Below, piece by piece: positions 22,403-35,187 of a stretch of 64,000 nt of DNA; the first letter of the stretch is position 1, and the number at the start of each line of letters is the position of its first letter. The notes beneath the pieces are model-generated. The model was not told where the DNA came from. It saw only the letters and a program-made list of their open reading frames with translations, and did no database searches. The stretch lies in NCBI GenBank assembly GCA_030390025.1, contig CM059432.1:27406001-27470000 (forward strand). The letters run 5' to 3'. The stretch comes from Squalus acanthias. Its lineage: Eukaryota. Made by a program: the position numbers and the translations under genes.

Positions 22403-25400
22403 ATTGAATTGATCAAGGCTTTAAATGTATCATGAGGATTCAAGAATGCTGATTGACAGATGGCAATTTGTCAAATTTCTTCCAGCATTAGCATGTTGTA
22501 TTCAAACAATGAGACAATTTTTATTTTATAAAGAGGCTAAGATATTTAATCGAACGTGGTGTTGTGTCAGAACAACACTCAGTACTACACTGAAATTTAG
22601 TTAAACATATGCCTAGAAGCTCCCCAGAATGGCACAGTGCATGAAAATATCATCAGGTGTAACACTCACCCGGTTCCATCACTGAGTTAACTAATCTAAG
22701 CAGAATAATTGGCTTCAGAGTCCCGGACAACAGAAGAGAAACACCAGCCTGGGCATATCTTTCAATCGCTGTCCAGTCACCCCTACTTCAAATTGTGCAA
22801 CATTGGGTGAGGATAAGATCAGGGCTTGGCTGTGATTCCAGTACAGTGGAAAAGCCTGCTGATGTTCACTGTCTAGACTTGCACTTGGGCGAGGTTACCG
22901 AGAGTTGTCAGCATCATGGAATCATATCCCAGAGAGTCTCTATGCCATTCGGGGGAGGAGGGGAAGAAATGGGTGGGTGCGAAGAGGAAGAGACCCAGTC
23001 CTCATGTGAAACTCCTCTGTGCCAATAGCTTTAAAAAATGTCATTGTCTTCATGAAGAACTGATTGTTAAACCTTTTCTCATTTGCTTACAAACTAAACA
23101 ATGCAGTGAGGTAAATCACGTTGGAAGGCACCATCATATCACTTACACCCAATATTATGAACCACTGCCACCAAATTAAAATGTTCAGGTGTTCTACTTT
23201 TTCCCTAAAGTCCATAGACCTTTAAGTCCCATTACATTGGTGTCCTGAAAGACTCCTGATCTAATTATGGTATTTCTTCAGGTGAGGTACATTATAGGAA
23301 TTAGACTTCATTCAGAGCTATATCTATTTGGGGGTGATGGGGAGGTTATAATCGGTTGTCCTTCCCGGTCATGATCGATTATCAAGTCTGCTACGAATTG
23401 GTCATACAACCTATTTTCATTCTAATTTCCAAGGTGTTGGCTCTCTTGAGGACTCGGTGGGTAAGTGCACTGTGGAGGCACATAGCCAGGAAGACAAGAG
23501 GGTTCAATCCCCATTCAGATTTCATCTCAGGTGATACAATGGGTGCTACCGTTGGACTTGGTGCCTCCGGGTAAGAGAGTAACTCAGCCAGGATTCTTGC
23601 TCCTGTTCACTATATTGCTGAAAAGTGTGCTCTTGTGGCTGTTGGGTGAAGACAGGATCAGGTTTGGCTGAGATGCTTCCCCATGGTCAAAGTAGCTGGC
23701 CTGCACTCACTGTCAAGGCTCACACATGAAGAATGGCCGGTTGGGCATTCGAATCCTGTGGAAACCGCACTCCAGCAGAAGTTACCTCCACTCCTGAAAA
23801 ATTGTCAAGACAATTGGGTGTTCCACCAACATTTTGGCCAGCCTTTTTCTCTTGTTGATGGGCAGTAATGGTGGGAGCTGTCTAAATAGTCATGCCAAGC
23901 CTTTAGTAGACCTGAAACTGAGACAGGAGAATGTCCTACACCGACAGAATGAAAGCTGAAAAAAAACTACCTCTTAGACCGAAAACTGGACTTCTGAAAA
24001 GAAACAAATCCAAATGATCCTCATTTTAAGAGACCAAATTGCCTTAAACAGGCTGTAAGATGCACTCAATGACTGGTGTGGTGGAGCAGCAGCCAATCAG
24101 AGAGGAGAAGGGATGTCTTGTAATAATGTTTCGCAGTTTTATGAGCCATTGGGTAGGCTAAAGTCCTGGAAAAAGATGCTTGAAGATGGTTAAGTTGGAG
24201 CTGATGGGCGTCAGTAATTTGTGCTGCAATCTATATGTGTGTGTATGTGTGCACATGAAGTTTAAAAATGTTTATTTAGTTTGTGTTAGCTTATCTCAGT
24301 AATAGTAAGGGCATGACAATGGGCCTCAATTAAAATGAGCTGACCACAGATCATCGTGTGAGGTCAGCTCATTTGTGCATAGGATTATTATATACATGAT
24401 GTGTATTACTATTGTCCCCTCACTGTCACTTGGGGAGCGTGTCAGAGGGCAGATAGCACCCATGGAACTCTACCCCAGCATGGGTCAGAGCCTTGATGAT
24501 GGAAGGCGAACATTGCAGGGAGGATATAAAGGGTGATCCCTCCATCCCGCTCCTCCTTGCAGGGCTCCCACCCTCCGAGGGAGCGCAAGTCAAAGTTAGG
24601 TCTACAGCAAGGTTGGCCTTATTTTCCAACCCAAACTGCTCCACACACTGGGTGTCACGAGGAGTGTGGAGTTAGCCCTATAGACCTAGGAAGTGGGAAG
24701 TTGTTGAATGTAATTAAATTAATTATTTAAGTGGAAGGATGCTGCCTGAACCGAAGGCTTTCCAGCTTGAACTAATGCCAAGGTAGGTGAAGAGGGCCAG
24801 TGAGTTAAGGGCCCAGATTTTTGAGGAGTTGAAAAGTGGAACTGAAGGGGGAAAAAAATTCTGAATTCTCTTTTACACAGTCCCCTACTTTTGTATCTCA
24901 AAATGGCCACTTCAAAAGGAACCCGACAATAGAATTCCTTTAATATTCTGATCACAAAACTGGCCTCGTTTTTAATATAGAATCCCATCTTTTCAACTAT
25001 TTCTGTTGAATTGCAATATCTGTGGTCTAGGTGTCACCTTCGACTCCACCAGGGTCTTACCTCCTTTAGATAATAAGTCTGACCCAAGTGGATGTGGTAC
25101 TTTATCACCAATTAAATTAAGACCAAAGCAGTTCGATCTCCCAGATGGCTCAGTTCGTAAATGGACTGTGGCGCTGAGCCATTCAGACCAGGACAGTTCC
25201 AGCTTTGAATACTTGTTCTGTGCTGAATAAAGGTGAGCTCAGCAGTATGGTGGCAGCAACACTGGAAGTGACCTCACTGCCCCGGAGGTGGACGGAGGAA
25301 GAATCAGCAAGGGTTCTGATTCTGATCAATGTCCAGTTAGACCCTGCTGCAAGGTACTGAAGTCAGGCTCAGCCGTGCACTACCGCCACTGCAGTAAACG

Positions 25401-25489
25401 ACCTGCTGACTCACGCCTGAAGAATATGAGCGAGCCACCAATCAGCAAGTGGCTGCCGCCCGTGGAACTGTACCCCAGGAAGAGTCAGT

Positions 25490-25671
25490 GGGGGTCATTT
25501 TGATTTTGGGCGATAGAGTAAAAGGGGCGATATTGATCCGGCTGCCCATTGTGCATCTCTCATGATTTTCATTTCCACTGAAGACGGCTGAAATGAAACC
25601 CGGGACAGATGTAAAACGGAGGCTGAATCCATAGCGCCGTTTTACACTCACCGAAATTCAAAATTTGCCCC
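25490..25671. mobile_element. Small palindromic MITE inserted in a SINE-like repeat
   Basis: Ends gggggtcattttgatttt / aaattcaaaatttgcccc, AGT duplicated on both sides. Confidence 0.75.
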
Positions 25672-26029
25672 AGTGTCTTTAGGAAAGATGGGGAGAAGGT
25701 TGTGAAGTAGAGTTTATATTTTTGCTGTTGTGTTTTTTTTTGTGTAATAAAAATGGGGAAGAGGATGGTGATTTTAGAGAACTACTTCTGAAATCATTTG
25801 ATGTATCAAAAAAATATACAAATTTAGTTAATTCAATGCCTTTCTGTGTCACTACTGGATGCAAAATTGTGGATGTAAGTTTTTAAAATAAGAGGAGGTT
25901 GGAGAGAAAAAGCAGGAGAGACAAAGAATACAGCGTTGTAATTTTTTTAAAAACCTTTAAAGATATTTTTCGCCCCTTTCATCCTTTCCTTGGCTTTCCT
26001 CTTGCCATACACCACCAGAATTTTTTTTT

Positions 26030-26270
26030 TGTTGTAGAAACCTAACTGGTTCACTAATGTTCTTTAGGGAAGGAAACCTGTCGTTCTTACCGGTCTGGCC
26101 TATCCATGACTCCAATCCCACACCAATGTGCTTGTCTCTTAATTGCCCTTTGAAGTGGCCTAGCAAGCCACTCAGTTCAAGAAGAAGGCCCATCACCACC
26201 TTCTCAGGGCAACTAGCAATGAGCAGTAAAAGCCAGCCTTCCCAGCAAAGCTCACGTCCCAAGAATAAAC
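26030..26270 (+). repeat. Interspersed repeat segment (SINE/LINE 3' region); antisense copies at ~46110-46345 and ~57338-57573
   Basis: ctggttcactaatgt..ctttagggaagga..ctggcct..tgactcca..cccac..caatgtg..gccctt..gcctagcaagccactcagtt matches the reverse complement of 46110-46345. Confidence 0.7.
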
Positions 26271-27295
26271 ACAAAACGAGAAGCTCTCCTACTCTTTCCT
26301 CCTTCCTCTGAGTAAATCATCTCCAATACTGGTGCTTGTTGTTGGGTCGTTTAAGAAAATCTGTGTACATATTTTTTATGGATATTTTACGGGATAAAAA
26401 TACCATATTTTTAAGTTAAAAGGTGGATATGTCAATATTTTGAAATTTGTGACTCAGGACAGTTTAAGTCCACTAAATGAGTTTTATTTCTATCAATGAT
26501 GATATATTGTTAAATTACTGAAATTCTATCCAGATTTAATAATTTGTTATTAATAATGGTGGTGGGTGCAATATTTATCGGACTATAATCTGTGTGTATT
26601 TGTTTTCAGAATTCACTGTTTGACTTAAAGGGGAGGTATATTGGTTAAATTAAAGAGCAGGTATTTTGGTTAATTTAAAGTATATTATCGTTGCCACATA
26701 ACCCTGTACTATAAAGTGAGAGCACCGTATACTTGCTGTTTACTCTAAACCACTCCTTGTTAATCTTCCTTATGGTATAAAAATGCTGCTTGGAAGCAAT
26801 CCATGAGCAGCCATTTGACAAAGAGCTGCTCCTCTTCCTGTGACATTACGAGCTGTGGGCAATGCTTCACATTTTTGCTATCACCAGGGGAATAACACAG
26901 ACACAGACGAGGATACATTCCACACAGAATGTCAGCTCACAGCTGTCTGTAACAAGTGTTCAACTGAGGGAAACCGGCATGCTCGGTGTTGCACTAAACT
27001 AGGGAAGAGGAGCAAAAATTTAAATCAGCCGGGATTACTGGTCCTGGGAACTGTCCAGTGACCCTCCCCTGCTAGAAGATGAGTACAAGGAATGAGCTTA
27101 GCTTTGATCCCCACCCACACAGCAAGTAGCGCACTCACACTGACTGTTTAGGCTCACGGATTCCGTGAGGTCCTGGCAAGGTGCTGCCACCAGTGTGTAC
27201 CCCTGCAAGGAGACAGTGCCTTCAGTAAAGGAGGTTAGTTGGGGGGGGGGAAGCTCGTGAGTAACCGGGGTGGGGGGCAGGTAAGCGTAAACACT

Positions 27296-27520
27296 GGGGG
27301 TAATATTCCGAGTCCGTGCCTGCGACAGGGAATTTTGCCCACCGGCAATCTGTGTTGGAAAATCACGGGAGTGCTGCTTGTGATTTTGGTCCATAGATTT
27401 TGATGGACTCCCCAATTTCTCACCCAATGTATGAGTGTAAATGGTGATTGTTGGCAGCGTGCTAATAATTTTCTGATTTATGCCACGGCTGGGTAAGGGT
27501 GTACCCGGAAAATTAGCCCC
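27296..27520. mobile_element. Old MITE with imperfect TIRs
   Basis: gggggtaatattccg ... cggaaaattagcccc, flanked by act/agt. Confidence 0.5.
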
Positions 27521-27727
27521 AGTGTCCAAAACATTACTATTTAAAAATACTGCATGTGCCAATTACTTCCCAGTCTGTTTTTAATGCCAGATCATTTGAT
27601 TGTTATCAGATTTCAAATTCTAATCAAGCCAGGTTTCTTCCGTTCACATTACCAAATGCTGCACTAAAATTACCAATGGAAATGAATCATGTTATACATT
27701 AATTTATTATGCAAATATATATTTATG

Positions 27728-27774
27728 AATAAATCTTAGATTTCAGACTGTGGGGTACAATTAATTCCAATAAA
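27728..27774 (+). promoter_or_regulatory. Candidate polyadenylation signals for ST3GAL1-like (long 3' UTR)
   Basis: AATAAA at 27728 and 27769 followed by a GT/T-rich tract (ttgtgtgtcttgttttatg). Usage is inferred. Confidence 0.35.
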
Positions 27775-27902
27775 TACATTGTGCAAGGATTGTAAATTTG
27801 TGTGTCTTGTTTTATGCCTCTTGAACTTTTGCTTCACTCCCCTTGTTTCAGGGAGGCTCCTCTCAGAGGACATGTGTACATGACAATCAACTCAATATAT
27901 TA

Positions 27903-28102
27903 AGAACATAAGAAATAGGAGCAGGAGTAGGCCATTCGGCCCTTCGAGCCTGCTCCGCCATTCAATAAGATCATGGCTGATCTTCTACCTCAACTTTACT
28001 TTCACATCCTATCCCCATATCCCTTGATTCCCTTAGTATCCAAAAATCTATCGATCTCGGTCTTGAATATACTCAACGACTGAGCATCCACAGCCCTCTG
28101 GG
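27903..28102 (-). mobile_element. CR1 3' end fragment
   Basis: aagaacataagaaataggagcaggagtaggcc tail; SLSIFKTEIDRFLDTKGIKGYG. Confidence 0.85.
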
Positions 28103-30274
28103 AGGAGATAGAACAAAAGAGAAGGAGGAAGGGACAGAAAAAATGGGGTTGAGAGAGAGGGGGAAGAGAATGGAAGAGCGAAAAGGGAGAGGGAGGGAGA
28201 GAGAGCGAACAAGCGAGCGAGAGAAGGAAGAACATTCACTTTCTGATCTCATACATGAAGAGTGACTATTTGATCAAGGTACCAGAATACAGCTGGCACC
28301 TGTGGAAACATTGGCAGAAGATGGGATTATTATTAGGAGCTGGAAGTCCTATCACTTAGTACAATGGATATGGAGTTCTCGGTCATTGATCCACCTTATT
28401 AAAAATCATTGTGTATTAATCTTATTGTGGGAGGCTGCTGCATTATGCTTATGCTACATACTGCAATGACAAGTCAAAATAACGTGCAGTTTTTCCTACA
28501 TTTGCTTATTATTGTTCTTACTAATAATACTTTCTGTAATCAGCTTCCAATAATCAGAGAAAAATCTTGACGTGTAATAGCAATTTATTTGTAACAAGCA
28601 ACGCAAAATCAGCAGTTTTTCTTATGTTCATTTCAATTCATATAGTTCCGTAAAATCACTCCCTCTGGCAAATAGAACAAAGAACCCAATCTTAACAGCA
28701 TGCAGCAAATGTCCAGTAAACTACAGAAAAACTGCATTTAATAAAGCTGCACCTTGCTGCGCACAAGAAAGGGTTCAATATAAATTCTCCTTGCTCTGCC
28801 TTTCAGTCTGCCCACTGATCAGTTGCTAATGTTGGCTTTCTGCAGCAAAGCATGTGCTTAATTAATAGCCCAACAATTTGTTTTCTAAAATTATACTTCT
28901 GGTACGCAGCTGTGTTAACTCTTTAGAAATGTTCAGAACTTCAGAGTTCAATTTAAATTCTTCATAGACTGCAAAATGTTAGTAGTTGTAGTAATGTCAA
29001 GTACTTGTGTTTATTTACCGCATAAATCACAGCATAGTTTAGCAATCTGGATTTGAACAAATAAGGCACCAGAATATGCTTTAAGGTTTTCAGTTGGAAG
29101 ATTATTTCTTCCCCTCTCTTTCCAAAGCAGCCAAGCATTGCTAAACAGTAACCCCCCCCCCCCCACATATTGTTTTCATTTTAGAAACCGGAATACTGAT
29201 AACCCCTAAATTCTGGGCTAATCCCTGCACCACTCTTTACTGCAGGGGAAGCCGCTTTCTGGTTATCTTAATCAGAATTTTGCATACCCATCAACACAGA
29301 GCACTGGTGCAAAACCAATACTGCACCTGCAATAAGATAGTCACTTCCCCGCCAATACTTTCAAGCTCTTCACAAAATCTAACAGAAGCACACATGAAAA
29401 GGATTGTCACTATAATTTCAGTGAAGTGTAGTGGTAGGTGTGAAATTTTCTACTCGTGTCCAAGTGTACTGTGAAAATCAGCCAGCAGTACAGTTCATGA
29501 TTTTAATCACCTCCCATATCCTTCAGTCCTCCCACTCTATTTGTGAACCCTAAGCCCCACCATTAGTAGGAGAATTTTCAGCTGCCTCAGCCCACACTCC
29601 TGAACTCCATCCCTAAGCCTCTCTGCTTCATTCGTCATTTTTTTAAACTTTTCCGAATCCCATCTTTTTAACCCAACTTTCAGTCATCTCTCCAAACTCT
29701 CCCAGCATGGCTCAGCGCCAGTTCCTTCATCAGATTTATTTTCTCTCCCCCCTCAGCAAAGCAGCTTGCGACGTTTTCTATGTTAAAGATTCTATATAAA
29801 TGCGCATTGTTGCTGACTTCCAAATCTGGATGGTATTTGGAGACAGCTGTATAAGATTAAAGTGGAGTACTGGTGGTTACAGGTTTGTTACTACTGCTGG
29901 AAACAATTTGAGGCAATTCATTATTTCTGAGTTTAGTTTAACCATTTTGCCCCAGAAAAATATTAACATTGGGTTATTTTGAGTAAAGTGTATGCTTACA
30001 ATTTCTTTTTAAAGGACATAAGGATAGAGATAGAGAACAACTTGCGCCTTTAAAGGTAGTAAAACGTCCCAAGCCACGTTAACAAAATTTGACACCAAGC
30101 CACATGACGAGATATTAGGACAGATGACCAAGGAGAGCAAGAGAGAACAAGAGAGAGAGAGATGCTTTTGTTTTGTTGAAGGGAAAGTTGTATTTCACGG
30201 AGCTTTAGAGGTTAAAAATGCTGGAGGATAATTAGAAGTCAAAGAATCATAGAATAATACAGCACAGAAGGAGT

Positions 30275-30845
30275 AAAAACAGATAAATGCTGGAAATACC
30301 CAGCAGGTCAGGCAGTATCTGTGGAGAGAGAAACAGAGTTAACATTTCAGGTCGATGATCTTTTGTCAGAACTGGAAAAAGTTGGAGATGTAACAGATTT
30401 TAAGCAAGTGGAGAGGCAGGGAAAGAGGGGAGGGGAGGAAAGAACAAGCGGGAAGGTCTGTGATAGGATGGAAGGCAGGAGAGATTAAATGACAAAAGGT
30501 ATGATTGTACAAGGCAAAAGGAGATGGTACTGGGACAAGTAAAGAAACAAAAGATGAATCTGTAAGAGGGTAAATGGGAATGGTAGAATCATCAACAGCT
30601 GCCATCTGGAAAAAATAGGGGCAGAGGTTATGGTCTGAAATTGTTGAACTCGATATTGAGTCCAGAAGGCTGTAAAGTGCCTAATCGAAAGATGAGGTGC
30701 TGTTCCTCGAGCTTACGTTGAGCTTCGTTGGAACAGTGTAAGAGGCCGAGGATGGAGAGGTCAGAGTCGGAGTGAAGCGGAGAATTAAAGTGACAGGCGA
30801 CCGAAAACTTAGGGACATGCTTATGGACTGGAGAGGTGTTCCGCA
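30275..30845 (-). mobile_element. Penelope-like element 3' part (GIY-YIG C-terminus, pLTR, degenerate hammerhead at 30337-30373)
   Basis: SVACHFNS..H..SDLSILGLLHCSNEAQRKLEEQHLIFRLGTLQPSGLNIEFNNFR*; pLTR similar to 45607-46070. Confidence 0.85.
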
Positions 30846-30849
30846 AAAG

Positions 30850-31320
30850 GGTTTGGGGAGTCAGGAGGCGAGACACTCGCTGCAGAATACCCAGCCTCTG
30901 ACCTGCTCTTGTTGCCACAGTGTTTATGTGGCTGGTCCAGTTAAGTTTCTGGTCAATGGTGACCCCCAGGATGTTGATGGTGGGGGATTCAGCGATGGTA
31001 ATGCCGTTGAATGTCAAGGGGCAGTGGTTGGACTCTCGCTTGTTGGAGATAGTCATTGCCTGGTACTTGTGTGGCGCGAATGTTACCTGCCACTTATCAG
31101 TTGAGGTCGTCCAGGTCTTGCTGCATGCTGGCATGGCCTGCTTCATTATCTGAGGAGTTGTAAATGGAACTGAACACTGTGCAGTCGTCAGCGAACATCC
31201 CCATTTCTGATCTTATGTTGGAGGGAAGGTCATTGATGAAGCAGTTGAAGATGGTCGGACCTAGGACACTGTCCTGAGGAACTCCTGCAGCGAAGTCCTG
31301 GGGCTGTGATGATTGACCAT
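30850..31320 (-). mobile_element. Non-LTR RT fragment of a distinct CR1-clade-like family
   Basis: DKWQVTFAPHKYQAMTIS..ILGVTIDQKLNWTSHINTV..RAGQRLGIL; upstream PQDSVLGP and FADD on the minus strand. Confidence 0.8.
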
Positions 31321-31605
31321 CTACTAAACAAGCAATCGTCTCAGAGGTGAGCTACCTGCGGTCTAGCAAGAGAAAAAAATAACCAGGGTCAAATGCCACT
31401 AATCCCACAATAGTGCATTTAACACCTACTGAATAACAATGCTGAATCATGGAACCCAATTCCCCTCCAAGCACCTACTTGTATTCTTGGAAACCAGACC
31501 AAAGGTGAAAAGGTGCATTAAAATGTGCACATTGATCAGATTTTAGGTAAACCAAAAATGTAGCAGCTGACTATGGAATATGCAAACTTTCCAGGTTGAA
31601 TCAAT

Positions 31606-32349
31606 GGCCCAGAAATTGATCTCGCTCTGTTCCCGCATGGGTAAGCCTTCCCCGCGATGTCTCACCTCGCTTATGCTTTTTCTGATCCAGCTCGCACGAA
31701 CTTGATGTTCCAGACATCAGCTGTGCTGGGCTTGCGTATCCCAGCAGCGCAGTTAATTCGTGCGAGCTGTGGGATCACGTGACTCAGTTAGAGCCAATGG
31801 CAGCACACTATCTTCCATTCATAAGTCTCACAGCATAGCTGTGAGACTTATGAATCTTACACCCCCCCAAAATAACAGCTAAACCTCAATTAAATTTAAA
31901 AAAAAACACATCACATTAATAAAATAAGTATAGTTAATTAAATTAACCATTTTAAATAAAAAATTAAATTTTTGAAAAAATTTAAAATCTTTTAAAAAGT
32001 TATAAAAATAAACTTACCTGTCTTTAAAGTCTATAAAAAAGATATACCTGTAAAAAAAAATTCAAAAAAATACTTAATTCACTACTTACCTTCTTAAAAG
32101 CGGGTCTTACTCCTCCTTTTTACATTTCCAAAATCTTCCCTACTTACCTGCGCGTCCAAAGCATGAAGTGCACAGCGTGCGCGCAGCCTGTAGCGCGCAC
32201 GCGATGCACTCAAGCCACGCCCCCTTTTCGGAAGAGCAATTGCCGGTTTTCAGCGCATGCGCAGGGCATGCAGAAAACCGACAATTGGAGTGGGAATACG
32301 CGAGAGTACGCAGTGCGTACTCTCGCGTCGCGGGATCAATTTTCGGCCC
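31606..32349. mobile_element. Harbinger-like MITE, family A2
   Basis: Imperfect TIRs GGCCCAGAAATTGATCTCGC / GCGGGATCAATTTTCGGCCC, flanked by AAT/ATT; interior similar to 21773-22402. Confidence 0.85.
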
Positions 32350-32655
32350 ATTGCATTTGCATTTGTGGCTTTTACCATCAAGTTAATCTTGTTAGTTGCT
32401 ATCCACCATGTATTTTTGCATTGTAGACAAATATATACAATGTTCAACACACTGGAAGGGTTTTCTGGGAAGCTATGAAAGAGCTCAACTAAAGTCTCCT
32501 GACATTTAACCAAGTCAGTTCTTGAAAGTACCTCATAACTCTCCAAATGTAAAAGAACAGCACAATCAGTAAAAGGCATCATCCATAAATCATTAAATCA
32601 AAACCTATTAAAAATGATACAAGAACATGAAAAATAGCAGGAAATTTTATACATA

Positions 32656-35080
32656 CAGGAAACTCTCATTTAAACGGCACCTAAATATCCGGAATTCTCT
32701 ATTAACCGGCAAAATTCATACTCCGAAAACAACTCCTCAATAACCGGCAATGTTGCCGAGTTCGAGTCCGAGTCTCCCGCGAACGCCGAGTTAGTCAGTG
32801 GGGGTAGTTCTCCAAAGTGCCACTACTCGGCTTCCTGGCGCTGTGGGAAGTCCGAACACCGCAATAACAGGAGTCTGATTCTCCCGCGCTGCCGGTAGTC
32901 TCTTCTGATCCGCCATTTTACTGTGTGTCTCCCGCACTGCTGGTAGTCTCTTCCGATCCACCATTTTTCTGTGTGTCTCTCCATCTTTATCGTGAATTAT
33001 CTCCCCCATCTTGCATTATGGAATTCCCAAAAGTTGGTCCAAGCAAAAGGAAGAGAGTGGTGTTAACTTTAAAACAGAAAATCGAGATATGCCAACGACT
33101 AGAAAGGGGAGAGAAGCGTATCAACATTATGAATGAATTCAAAATCGGTTCGTCAACAATCTGCGACATCAAATCGCAGAAGGATAAGCTGCTCAAGTTT
33201 TATTCAAGCTCGGAGACATCTAAGAGTGTAGAGAAACCGTGTACGCTTCGTAAGCCTAAGCTTGAAGAGCTGGATACCGTGCTTTATGAGTGGTTTTCTC
33301 TTAAGCGTTCAGAGGGTGTTCCACTTTCCGGACCCATGCTAATCAAGAAAGCGAAGGATTTCTACATAAGGATGGAGCTCACTGACAAGTGTGCTTTCTC
33401 CGAGGGATGGCTAACGTGCTTCAAGTTACGGCACGGGATACGACGACTCGATATTTCCGGGGAGAAGAAATCCGCTGATCACGACGCCGCAGAAGAATAC
33501 TGCGATTATTTCAATCGGATTGTGCAGCAACATGATTTATCGCCAGCACAGATATATAATGCCGATGAAACTGGCTTATTTTGGAGGTTTTTGCCAGAAT
33601 CAACGCTTGCTGGGGCTAGTGAGGCTAATGCTTCAGGTTACAAGAAAAATAAAGATCGTGTAACCGTGCTAACATGTGCGAACGCTGCTGGATCACACCG
33701 GCTTAAACTTCTTCTTATTGGGAAGTATAAAAATCCCCGTGCATTTAAAAATGTGAGGCACTGACCTGTTGAGTACAAAGCTCAAAAAAATGCTTGGATG
33801 GATAAGGAAATCTTTTCGTATTGGTTCCATCATATTTTTGTTCCATCTGTGAGGGAACATTTCCGTAAAATAGGGAAACCTGAAGATAGCAAATGCATTT
33901 TATTGCTTGATAATTGTAGAACCCATCCGCATGAATCCGAGTTGGTTTCGGGAAATATTTTCACCATTTATTTGCCACCAAATGTAACTTCTCTCATACA
34001 ACCCATGGACCAGGGCGTTATCCAAAATCTGAAGTGTCAGTACAAGAAAGACTTCCTACGTAAACTGATAAACCAAGATGACAATATTCATCAATTTCAG
34101 AAGGAATACAATCTTAAAGATGCCATCTATAATGTTGCATGTTCCTGGAACTTGGTGAAAGGTCACACTCTGAGGCAAGCCTGGCGCAAATTGTGGCCTT
34201 CTGTAATGTTTGCTGAAGGTTCTTCTTCAGAGGAGGAATTTCATGGGTTCAATGTTCGTCCCAAGAAGAGTACAATAATGGAAATGGCTGGCATGGTGAA
34301 AAATGTAGGCCCAGCAAACCCTCTACGTCACCTCAGTGAAAGTGATATCGAGCAGTGGGTTGATGCAGATAGAGAAGTTGGTGTTGTGCATATGCTAAGT
34401 GATGATGAAATAATTGAGAATGTTTTGAATCCAAAGAAAGAAAAGGAAAGTGAGATGGAAAGTGAAGAGGATGAGATTTCTGAAGAGAAGAAGATTTCTT
34501 GGGCTAAAGCTGCAGAAGGATTTGCTTCAATCCTCCAATTTGCTGAAAGGCAGCCTTGCTACTCTGCCCAACAAGTTATGCACCTCCATATTCTGCATTC
34601 CACCTTTCTACAGAAAAGGCAAGAGTCCACTAAGCAAGCAGACATCCGGGACATGTTTAAGAAAGCTTCCAAAAGAGTTGAAGCAGCGGAAGTGCCTGAA
34701 GAATCTGTTGAAGCGCATGATCCTGATGACCCAGCTGGTATGGATATTCCTGATGAACCAGCTGACTTGGAATAAGTGTACAGTCAACTACAGTACTGTA
34801 TACAGTCGTTTATAAGTTTTGTTTTACTGTTAAGTAATTAAAGAGTTATGGATTACCCTCAACTGGCATTACTGTACTTAATCAAGCATCTTCCACCATC
34901 CATTTAACACAACATTCTGTAGGTGAGTACCCAATTACTGTATACTGCACATTTCTTGATTTTTTTTTATTTTTGCTTGTTAAAAATAGCCTCGGTAGAT
35001 ATAACTCTCTGTTATCCGGAACTTTTATTCAACCGGCACCACCCCGGTCCCGTCGCTGCCGGATACCAAAGAGTTTCCTG
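32656..35080 (+). mobile_element. Full-length Tigger/pogo (Tc1/mariner superfamily) DNA transposon
   Basis: TA|CAGGAAACTCT...AGAGTTTCCTG|TA termini; encodes a transposase. Confidence 0.95.
33018..34775 (+). pseudogene. Tigger/pogo transposase (~585 codons), one in-frame TGA at 33762-33764
   Basis: CENP-B-type HTH ([27 protein letters not shown]), DDD motifs [17 protein letters not shown], acidic tail. The two ORFs are in the same frame across the stop. Confidence 0.93.
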
Positions 35081-35187
35081 TATTAAAAACAAAGTGCACA
35101 TGTTGCATATTAATGTAATAATTTGAAAGCTTGGAGCCATTTCATTGTGAAATTATTAAAAATCTGCTGCAGCACAATGTGGATTTA

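Larger units (their letters stand above)
22620..27200 (+). repeat. Several decayed copies of an old SINE-like repeat (~22620-22940, 23440-23790, 25135-25490, 27000-27200; also ~20490-20860 and 38490-38830)
   Basis: Shared segments such as cactgtc(c/t)aggct(c/t)aca..tgaagaatggcc and aactgtaccccag.aaggagtcag..ccttcagg; tRNA-like head at ~25140. Family not identified. Confidence 0.5.

Noticed and set aside
30628..31146. 172-aa RT/GIY-YIG fusion protein
   Set aside because: Chance in-frame junction of two unrelated retroelement fragments.
32925..34775. Domesticated TIGD/Jerky host gene
   Set aside because: TIRs, TA TSD, an in-frame stop and a MITE derivative show it is a transposon copy.
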